A stretch of DNA of 58,155 nucleotides, filler included, from Basidiobolus ranarum (taxonomy: Eukaryota), in the NCBI GenBank assembly GCA_040143965.1. It is 4 parts of 4 records of this genome, joined end to end, with 100 filler letters (N's around TTAATTAATTAA, not from the genome) between each part and the next. Parts side by side here need not be neighbours in the genome. Positions count along the whole stretch, not along the records: positions 43,711 to 58,155 come from JASJQH010000425.1; 3 more parts are not named here. The stretch is one strand, 5' to 3'. A program made the translations under genes and the position numbers. The notes below the pieces were generated by a model. It was not told the DNA's origin. It searched no databases and saw only the letters and a program-made list of their open reading frames with translations. Each line of letters starts with the position of its first letter. The stretch's first letter is position 1. Of the stretch, positions 49,301-58,155 are shown piece by piece.

Positions 49301-50038
49301 AATCGCAAGGACTCCACCACTTCTGAATCCTCAGCAAGCGACGAGATTGAACTTCCAGTTGGGGTCAGTAACAAATTATTGAGTACGGAGCAAATGTCCT
49401 CAGTCATCTGGACCACTCCACTTGGTGTACCTATTGTTCAACCCTATCGTAAGCATCAAAAGAAGGTGATCAAGACGAATCTTCAGAACCTGACCATCAT
49501 CAACCCAGACGCTCATGTCCCTGTCAACGCACAAAAGCAAAGAACCGCCTTCCCACCCAACTTCATTCACTCTCTCGATGCTTCTCACATGTTGATGTCG
49601 GCCGTTGCCTGCAAACAGTATGGTCTAAGTTTCGCCTCCGTTCATGACAGTTACTGGACACACGCATGCGATGTCGACACGATGAACAGAGTACTCCGTG
49701 AGCAGTTTATCGAACTACACCAGCGTCCCATCATGGAGGAGTTACGTAACGAATTCATTGAACGCTACAAGGGATACAAAATGCCAGTTTCGGCCAACGA
49801 TGATAAGGAAGTGAAGCCAGCCACCAAATCATTAAATTTGGCCCTACCTGACGATGGACACGAGGATGAGTTGGAGATGGAGGCTGACGAGAAAGCAGAA
49901 GCAGAGGATGATATTCAAGAGAATGTCAAGAAACCAAAGAGAGTTCACAAATGGGTAGACCTCACATTCCCACCCCTTCCTCCAAGAGGCGACTTCGATG
50001 TTTCTCAAGTAAAGGACAGTCCTTATTTCTTCCATTGA
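46343..50038 (+). CDS. RPO41: Nuclear-encoded mitochondrial T7-like RNA polymerase (1231 aa, intronless)
   Basis: Basic presequence, PPR-like helices, DFRGRAYP, HQDGTCNGLQHY (motif A), RKVVKQTVMTNVYG (motif B), FPPNFIHSLD, VHDSYWTH (motif C), terminal YFFH. Confidence 0.97.
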   Translation: MLSFSHKTFASQRKQLLSGVSRVHTSVGTGKLPPTRTSLHGNSIFRSGTQGRFLNSSTTKKNVASVDLARAPHHTTTESLQEMLNPLPESLTTGGNKDLLILPRPRSQDFNDNKFNINERLVVMHACLKTGDVDRARRLITSLYKTNPKKMSELADIHVHNSLLKGYIEKGPRPHIVQAMSWFDTIKRYGLSPDSTTYAILIKGFLKINSVNAAKVIAQEMLRAGYTLEQLYGNPHLDDSDLKKLIGIAEELAPIKTVKSKPKEAVAPVEPTPEAFPDIKSSNPLGVRMLRKSLETASATYMDLYERQLKLEQQAVEAEVARLAELDQGRGENSVKLRSSHLKRIVRDWHSCLVQRIQEECLRADDDGKDITSSYGALLRSVTPEKLAIITINEMLRSNSNGDVSDGMRSTHLLLAVGKAVELEYHSDVLQKRSNSHLLDRRIQVQSLYSSGKLFNMTVRRAEAKKEREAIESEWVPRWTKEMHMSIGSILVSSLIESAKVPIKHLDEATGEVDMSKEDAFYVTHQYQRGRQIGIVKLHPKLIDILSQGSAQEGVHPRQLPMLVPPKPWLTYNSGGYLSSRSLCMRIKGSPEQLAYLKEASNKDCLAVALAGLDVLGGTRWLVNRKVFDVVLKVWNSDQALADIPPADIDREIPPKPSDYDENPQARWQWMKQFREIQNEKRNNHSLRCDANYKVEIAKAFLDQPMYFPHNFDFRGRAYPIPPHFNHLGSDLCRGMLLFDDAKPLGQVGLKWLKIHLASLAGYDKHSFEERVGYVEENLSNIFDSADRPLEGDRWWLQAEDPWQCLAACFELTDALRSPVPEEYCSRLPVHQDGTCNGLQHYAALGGDKEGARQVNLIPSGAPADIYTGVANKVIELIEKEAALGVDKAQALQGKITRKVVKQTVMTNVYGVTVIGARAQIANRLREIPELDSTDVFGLSTYLTRLVFDSLGEMFTGARNLQDWLNESARRIARSIPAELLEEASKNRKDSTTSESSASDEIELPVGVSNKLLSTEQMSSVIWTTPLGVPIVQPYRKHQKKVIKTNLQNLTIINPDAHVPVNAQKQRTAFPPNFIHSLDASHMLMSAVACKQYGLSFASVHDSYWTHACDVDTMNRVLREQFIELHQRPIMEELRNEFIERYKGYKMPVSANDDKEVKPATKSLNLALPDDGHEDELEMEADEKAEAEDDIQENVKKPKRVHKWVDLTFPPLPPRGDFDVSQVKDSPYFFH

Positions 50039-51983
50039 TCGCGTCATGCCAACTCTCCAGTCTACTCTACCCTCACCGCCTTCTCATCAACATACGCATC
50101 TATTAATTCCAGTCATACATATCGACCTCATTGTTTACTTTTATTGACCTTCTTTCTCTCGTTTACACTACAGCGTTCCATAGATATCTTTTCATTCTCT
50201 TAACTCCTCACCCCCACCCCACCTCATGTTTACAATTCACACATATCACATAGATTTCATTCCTTCCACTCCACTTCACTGTCGGAGTTTAGTCAGTTGA
50301 GTTCATTCATCATCTAATCGAATTCCAATCCATATCTCTCACTTCACTTCACCCCCATCTCACCCCACCCCACCCCATCGTCACTTCCATCCCTCACTCT
50401 ATTCTCTTCGTTGTAACTTCTTTCTTCATTTCTATTGATCTTTCACATCAACATTGCACATGAAGCATAATAAATTCCATCTGAATTTTTTTCAATTTCT
50501 TTTTTTCTCATTTATGATAGATATTATATAGAAATGGTAAATATAAAATATCCAAATGAATTTATTTTTTTAATCAATATGAAATATTTGTAATCATTTC
50601 TTGGAAATCTAGTCAAGTGGCGGTTATTATATTCTTGAAATTTCCGGGAATTTCATTGTGTTTGGAGTTTGAATTAACTAAAGTATAATTATATAGTCGA
50701 GACTTCTTATATATCTCATTTGATGTAACAAGAATAAAATCAAAAGTACAGGTATTCCAATTCTGGGTTTCCCATGTATGCCAAATTCATATTCCCTCAC
50801 AATGATAACTATTCATATCTTACTCAATAACTCAGCTACAGATAAATCACCACTCTTGTGACTTCAACATTGAGCCTCATTTCAAGCTATATATGTATAT
50901 GCACATCATATTGTATTTATTACTCTCTGACTTAAAATGTATCCTATTTCTATAATCAATGAATCAAACTCAAGTATCATTCAATATGATTAAGAACATA
51001 TTTGAAATACTCAAATTGGAAATATAATTGGAGCTTACTGATTTTGATCTTCTATTGGGCCCAGAAGTTTAATATTTTACTTCTATACTTCTCTTGATAT
51101 AAATGGGATTTCATTTCTAACCAGTAGTATCACTCTATTCAGTTTGTAGTGTTGGAAACTGAAATAGATGTAATAAGTGAAATTTCTAGTTAAAATGTAT
51201 ATGGGCTTTAGTTACATTACCATACACTGTCTGAGGTTGAGGCTTAGAGGGAAAGTTTGGAGAATGAGTGTTATGATAACTTGTGGATATATGCATGCAA
51301 TGAGCTTAATATGCCATTCAAGATAGAAAAGGTATACTTTGATATACTATTATATTTAACCTCAAAATATGCTTAGTGGAAGGATTACTGAGATATATGA
51401 TTTCCTAGAAAGGTAAGACACAAAAATTTGAACATTATTGAATCAAGGAATGAGCTTCATACAGTATTGTAAATCCACTAAAACTTATTGAGTATTCCTG
51501 TAGGATTGGTGAGGATATTATAACTGTGGGCAAACTGATTTAAACAAATGAGATTACTTACCTAGTATTTTTAGTTTTAGTAGAAATAAATTATCAGCAA
51601 GAAAATATATTAATGTGTGCACACATTAATGCATGCACACTATAGTTAAGTGGATGTTTTTCTAGTGAGCTACAGAATATTTGATGCAATAAACATGTGT
51701 TTTATATATATGTTGCCAACATGGATGAATAACTGTTAAAGAAACTACTATATGTTAAAAAAAGCCCACATGAAGTAAGTACATGGTTTGCTTTTAGTGA
51801 GGTTGGTCCAAACAGATGATAAAGTATGCTAGATGCTAAGCAGGGATGGCCCCTGATATATATGTCTCAATGTTAGTTCATAAAAATAATTATAGCAAAA
51901 GTAATCTCAATAGATCTCTCTTTTAAAGTGTGAATATTTAATGCAGAAGGTGGAGGACCAATCATAAAGTACAATACTTCTCC

Positions 51984-52332
51984 TATTGATACTTGGCATA
52001 GCCTAAATATCCATAGAGTTGTAAATAATCAAGTATTTAGTTGCTCCATATTTTACTATGATATCACTCATTACTGTTAACTTCAACTTACTAATAATAT
52101 TTTTGCCAACTTCAAAATTTTGAGATATGTATATTCTTGAAAATTTCTCTAGAGGCCCCAAGCTTTGTGTGCAAGCTCCTAGGACCTCTCTTAACACATT
52201 CCATGAGTTTGCTTCTTTACTTCATGGAAAAAATATCAATATCAACTTTCTATTTCATAAATCAACAAGTGAAAACAATCACTTCTCTAGTTATCTGAAC
52301 CACTTGCTACAAACCCTAAAGATACTTCAACA
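51984..52332 (+). repeat. Old, highly diverged solo LTR
   Basis: tattgatacttggcatagcctaaa...gatacttcaaca, collinear with the LTR over ~350 bp. Confidence 0.7.
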
Positions 52333-52781
52333 ATTGTCAACCTTTTTCATGTCTAGATTGAACAAATAAGACATACTGGTCATATAGATATAGAGATATT
52401 GTTAATTAGAATATAGGGGCTATAAATGTACTGGTTTCTTGTTTCTGATATACACATCATGGCTAAAGCTAACTAAGATGTTAAATAAAGATTAATTGTC
52501 CAACAATACCCTATCAGTTCAGTTTTGGATACAGAATATGTGAACTTTACTCACAGATGCATAGTTCCTTTCCAATAGCTGAATATCTCCTTAACAGCTA
52601 TAATTGATCATATCCATGCATTGAACATATTGGCACAAAACTCTCACAAAATTTGAAATATTCAAGTAGCCAATTTTGTCTGGTAATTTGCATATCACTT
52701 ACAAAGAGATTTAAGAGTATAATTATTAGTGGCTCATCAGCAAGACTCTGTATAGTGGCTTCACACTAATAAAGTGGTTTG

Positions 52782-53129
52782 TGTTGAAGTATTTGGGAGC
52801 CTGTTGGAAGTGGTTTGGAGAATTAGAGAAATTGGTGGTGTTCACTTATTGATTTATTGAGTATTCAGTTGACATTTATAGTTTTGTCAAAATGTAAACA
52901 GACTAACATGTAGAATATGTTAAGGAAGATCCCAGGAGCATGTGTGCAGAGTTTAGGGCTGCTAGCACAAGTTTGAAAAATCTATATATCTGAGAACTTC
53001 TAAGTTGGTGTCAATATTCTAAGTAAATTCCTTATGAGAATAATGGGTAATATCTTAGTTCTATATAAGATAACTAAGTACTAAGCTATATATGACTATA
53101 TAGGTGCTTAGGCAAAGCTAATTTCAACA
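52782..53129 (-). repeat. Solo LTR with 5-bp TSD GTTTG
   Basis: 348 bp, TG..CA termini, flanked by gtttg at 52777 and 53130. Confidence 0.95.
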
Positions 53130-53554
53130 GTTTGATCTATCACATCACCAGGGTCTTACTCTAGAGAAGCTATATTAAAATATCAGTTGGATTTAGTCAT
53201 TCAAACTTTCTATTCTAATATAACACCAGTGAGATAACCTCCAGAAATATTTGAATCAACATAGTCATACAAGTATATAATGTGGATGTTATGTTAGACA
53301 TGTCAGAATGGAATAGATAGATGCATGGGACTGTCACTGGACTTCATATAATTGAAAGTTTCCATTTCATGAACAATTAGAGCTTGTCCCATCAACAAAA
53401 TAAGATTAGAATATTATCATTATCGCCACTATTTCTATTCCATATTTACTAATGAATTTATTCTATGAAGATGTTGAGATTTTTGAAAAGCAATCTATCA
53501 AAAAGAAGGAATAGAAAGGTTCAAATAAAGAAAAGTGGTACGCATGAAGTTCTT

Positions 53555-55375
53555 TTACTTTTTTCCCCAGAAGCTCATGAGACTCTTTTGTCCTTGCTTT
53601 GCTTTTTTCTCTGACCCATTTTCTTTTTTGACTTTGGATTTTACGGGCAATGTTGTGGAGGTCTCCACTTTGTTGGGCTCTGGTTCTTCATCTGTACACG
53701 ACTCCCACTCATAAACATCCTCAGTGACCATGTAACCACGGTCATTTTTATATGTACGTTTCTTTTGAATCCGGCGGCGCCCACGTTTACGTTTAGTGTT
53801 ATTGTTAGGTAACTCTTGCACGTCTGCTTCTGCTTCTACCTCTATATCTACAGCGGCATCGACATCCATACCTTGCTCTACAAATAAAATCAGGGTTAGT
53901 AATATAAAGGAAATCAAATACATAGCCAAGCTATCACCTGGAGTTGGTTTATCTTCCACTGCCTCGTTCTTACTTGACGAGAGGTTATGGTCATCTGGTT
54001 CAGTAACATCTATCATTTCCTCATCATCATCTACAAAGCGCAAAGATAGTAAGCATCAGATTAACATACAAAGAAGATAACCAGGATATCACTGTATTAT
54101 ATACCAGTGATTTGTACTAACCAGACTGGACGATGGATTTTACTTTACGAGTACGTTTTCTTCGCTAATGACGAAATTATTAGGAGACAACCCAAAGATA
54201 ATATGTTGGTTGTCAAGTACCTCAACAATCGGCTCCTCTTCAATCTCCATCTTAGGCTCTTCTTTCTTGCTGTGTAAATAAATAAGCGTTTGGTTCGGGG
54301 CAATCTTGCTCAACTATAACTTACATGGGCTGTGCTTTTTTACTTTTACCAGAACTGAAAAATGAGTTGACAGTCTTCGCTGGAGGTTTCTCTGCGACCT
54401 TTGGTTGGCTAGGGACGAGCTTGGCATTTCCTCCAGGAGTATTCTATTTACCATATAAAATGAGTACCAAAGCTAAAAGTAACTGTGTAATATGCAGTGG
54501 CTCATACTTGTGACCCAAGATCTAATTTGCTGTGTATAGGTTCGGAAGGCTAAAGAAGATTGATAGCATTAATACATGCATACAAAGGTATTAATCAAAC
54601 AATATCAATGATACGGTACCTTAATTTTTGTTTGAGGTTTCTGTATCGGTGTGCTGCGCTTGACTATGCTAATATTGGGGTTCACTATAGAGGCAAATCT
54701 GGGAAAGAAAATAATGAATACTAAGATCTGTAGATGTTTGCTAAAGATATAAACCTACTCTGACGGATTTGCAGGATCATCAACCGGTTTCGGAGCTGCT
54801 AGCAAAACTGCTTCACCATCCTAACGAAAAGTGATTAGCTCCTATGTTTGAGACATATCCATGTACGTTTGAAGGTAATTTACTTGAGGTCTGCTCGCTT
54901 GCACACTATATACGTGAACACCCGTGACTTTACTAAATTTCTTTTTGGTAACTAAAAAAGGGTTAGGGCGAGAGAAAGCACTAACGTAAACGAAATAAAA
55001 CGTACCCTCTAAATCTTCTTGTACAACTAAAATTATATGATGGACATCACTAGCCATTAAAATACCAGCAACACAATATATGCAGTGGACTTGCTCAGTC
55101 GACTCAGTCACGAACTGATATAATAGTCTTAACGGGTGTTGTTAAAAAACTATAATCGCAATGAAAAGTAGGGGAAACAATTACTTTTTAGCATTATTGG
55201 CAGGAATGCGCAGTTGACGACTTAGCCACTTATAAGTCACCTATTAAACACCAACATAATAAATCTCTCTTCAACAAAGCTCAAACATTTTTATAAACCA
55301 TTATGAAAGACCCTAACAAGACTGTATACGTACTATTGACTTGTCTTCGCATATTACTTCACGAAGTAGATCCAT
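53555..55375 (-). CDS. cdc27: DNA polymerase delta subunit 3 (Cdc27/Pol32/POLD3), multi-exon
   Basis: N-term MDLLREVICEDKSI|VTYKWLSRQLRIPANNAKK, VHVYSVQ; C-term KRGRRRIQKKRTYKNDRGYMVTEDVYEWES and PIP box QKSLMSFWGKK. Internal exon boundaries were not all resolved. Confidence 0.88.
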
Positions 55376-57446
55376 ATGAAATTTTAACCCAGTTGAAAGT
55401 GCTAATAGTCCTACTTTAGAGGCTGTAGATAAATATTGTTCAGCAATTTGACAACATTAATTGACGAATGTAAACAAAAAATAGATCGTCTCACCATCAT
55501 GACAACAATCCACATAGTTTAAATATGAAAAGAGAAAACCCAATGTGTTTAAATATCGAAACAAGATGAGGGTTTGTTTCGCAGTGGATATATGCAGTTA
55601 TATATTATCAATCGTATCTTACCTAGTAAGTTACATGTAAGAATGAATATTACCATAATCATTTCGAATTCAATTGAGCCAAATGTAATCCAGCCAGTTT
55701 AGTCACTATCTTGAAATCAGGATCAATAGAAATGAGGATCAAGCAATAAAAATCCATCTTGATTGGGAATTCGATCAATAAGGTCAGATTCTTTTTCCAC
55801 CCTCCCATGTAAGTAGTGATCAGTGCTGATTGGATGAGTACGATATCCTCAAAATCGATGTGATAGCTTCTATCTTAACCAATGGTTTACGAGCTCCCAG
55901 ATATCATATTCTGCGACATTCTAAAACTATACTTGAGTCACCCAGACCTTAATGACTTTATCCTTCATGGTATGAAAGAGATGGCACTTTGAGAATGCAA
56001 CCTTTATCACACATATAACTCTTGTTCCTATCTTGTTGTACTCACCTTGAACTGTAGCTTCAAATACTCGTTATGGTCCAACATGCACTATTTTTTTTGC
56101 AATGAACACTTTCGAAATTCCTCGGCATCTTTCTCGGGATGTTACTAGAGTGTATCGCAAAGCGTGTCTTTCGGTACTGAGATTATTCTACACGAGCTGT
56201 TGAATTATTACTATGTAAAGTTTGGCAACAAATCTGCGGTTATTTTCATTCTCATGGTAAGGATTTTACATTCAGTAGTAAAAAATTTATTGTTTCTTAA
56301 GCGTATTGACAGCTAATGAATATAGTTTAACTGCATATATATTTGCTAACATGTTTGCTTGAAGTTCATGTATAGAGCGATACTTTGAAATTCCGTGTAC
56401 ATAGGTTTCTTGGCTAAATTGAAGTGATATATCCTGGTCTGGAATTGGCCATTTGCTCTCTTTCTCAGAATATGTTGCAATCGCTTGGCGACCCATGGTG
56501 GTACATGATACAACAAATGCCCAATCCGTTCGGAACCCCTAATCACCCTAATCATGTACAGTAGAAGTATCCTGCATTTTTGTGGCTGCCAGACTGCTGC
56601 GCATTTACTTGAGCCATACGATTGGTCATCCTTGCTCAAGAAAGATCTTTCCTCGAGCAACAATTGGTCGGAATTGCTCCAAATCTCTTATCTCGCCATC
56701 ATCCTTTTTTCAATCTTACACCACCCCTATTTTTTTCACGGTGAATCGCCCCATTCATTTCCAGCCAATCCCCTCTCGCCAATGGATGATCTTGCTCACA
56801 CTTCATCCAGGGGAACGTGGTTTAATGATCCGACTTATACATCACGAGACCGCTGGGTGGCTCACTGAGCATTGGAACATATATATTGGTAGGTCTGCTC
56901 CAAGGTAAGTAACAGATTCCATATTGATGTAAACAAATGAGCCAACACTTTGTTTCACCAATTTGCAAATTCTATTTCTATATTAAATGATTTATCCCAA
57001 TAAAGAGATTTTGGGCCTTTTTGTAGTTCGTTTCTGAGCATTCATTTGATCAAAAATAGGGGAAACATTAATATTCCGGCTTTCCTATACATTGATTTCA
57101 CATATATTTCTGATCACAGTCCCAGTCTCCAAATTCGATTTCTTTTTCTTTTTATTTTGTATTCCATTGCCATTTTTTCTTCCCAACAATAAAATTTCGA
57201 AATCTGGCACGGGTCGACAGGAAGTATAAATAGTGGAGTAGGGTCGTCGCAATGGGCAACAAAAAGAGGGAATCGCACCTGGTCGTCTTTTTCCACTTTT
57301 CAGTCGCGAATCTCGTCAAAATCTTCGACCTCTTCTGTACATTTTCTAGAGTTTCCTTTTTAATTCTTCACTTGTTTTTCCACCACCAACACAACCCCAC
57401 CTCACAACCACTCACACACTGTATAGAATATCTTTGAATTTCAGTC

Positions 57447-58155
57447 ATGACCTCAAATTCCAACCATATTTTTGCTGTTCCTTCACTGCCTTACACGAGC
57501 AACCAACAAAATCATATAAATCCACTTCAACCAAATGGGCTAAGTCTACCACCTATATCTGATTTGAACACCCCTGAACAAGCACTTGCACAAACCCCTC
57601 AAACTCCGAATACTACCAGCGGTGTTGCTGGAATCATTCCTACCTTACAGTAAGTTGATACTCTCTACATCAAATCCAATGAAACGCGTGTAAATCAGTA
57701 AGTAACCCTCCATTGCAGAAATATTGTTGCTACAGTAAATCTTGATTGTCGGTTAGACCTCAAAACGATTGCCCTACACGCGCGTAATGCTGAGTATAAT
57801 CCCAAGGTACATTGATCGTGACATAATTTCATGTGGATGTTATGAGAGTTAACCGAGGTTGGTTTCATTGCATAGCGTTTCGCCGCCGTGATTATGCGTA
57901 TCCGTGACCCGAAAACCACTGCGCTGATTTTTGCATCGGGAAAGATGGTAGTCACAGGAGCCAAGTCCGAGGATGATTCTAGACTCGCAGCTAGAAAGTA
58001 CGCGCGTATTATTCAAAAGTTGGGTTTTAATGCCAAATTCACGGACTTCAAGTTTCAAAATATCGTGGGAAGTTGTGACGTCAAATTGCCGATTCGTTTG
58101 GGAGGGCTGGGGTACTGGGCCGGGCCTTTGAGAATGGTAAGGATATTTTTTTGAT
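57447..58155 (+). CDS. TBP: TATA-binding protein, 3'-truncated
   Basis: Exons 57447-57649, 57719-57806, 57876 onward: [68 protein letters not shown]. Confidence 0.96.

Noticed and set aside
46343-50038. T7-like polymerase as evidence of a phage, linear plasmid or endogenous virus
   Set aside because: Presequence, PPR-like N-terminal extension and motifs fit ordinary nuclear RPO41; no viral or plasmid genes nearby.
47464-50047. Antisense ORFs within RPO41 (likewise within the HO, arginase and kinase genes)
   Set aside because: Shadow ORFs expected opposite codon-biased genes; no motifs.
51846-51855. ATGGCCCCTG resembling U6 snRNA
   Set aside because: Flanks lack ACAGAGA and the rest of U6.
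56287-56908. GC-richer patch with overlapping ORFs between POLD3 and TBP
   Set aside because: No recognisable protein or RNA family; cannot be supported without expression data.
58040-58155. Divergent TBP second repeat ([20 protein letters not shown]) as a novel TBP variant
   Set aside because: Deviations cluster in the last ~100 nt of a contig and increase toward the end, consistent with low-quality base calls.

Overview
Eukaryotic, AT-rich DNA with short (~60 nt) GT-AG introns, most likely an early-diverging fungus (Zoopagomycota/Mucoromycota-like; inferred from gene content only). The window is four contigs (14494, 14466, 14450, 14445 bp) joined by identical 100-nt N linkers carrying TTAATTAATTAA, apparently in descending size order, so adjacency across linkers is probably meaningless. 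Contig 1: the 3' end of a Ty1/copia element with nested LTRs; a 10-exon gene for a ~796-aa protein with six N-terminal Cys-Pro motifs, THREE tandem intact heme oxygenase domains and a C-terminal membrane anchor, preceded by six ATCWGATAA iron-GATA sites; and an intronless bacterial-like GAF-HisKA-HATPase-REC kinase. Contig 2: CPYC glutaredoxin ending in SKL; a Set9 H4K20 methyltransferase that splices in frame to PWWP-like and Tudor-knot reader domains; arginase; a CACATG-rich non-coding block. Contig 3: a decayed A-T-TE NRPS-like thioesterase, tRNA-Leu(CAG), a GSKIP-like ORF, Obg GTPase MTG2, a ZRANB2-like RS protein, and the 5' end of an ETR1-like ethylene receptor absent from the ORF track. 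Contig 4: mitochondrial RNA polymerase RPO41, POLD3/Cdc27 and partial TBP. Twelve copies or fragments of one ~350-bp LTR are scattered throughout. All gene models were spliced by hand; family calls rest on recognised motifs, not database searches.
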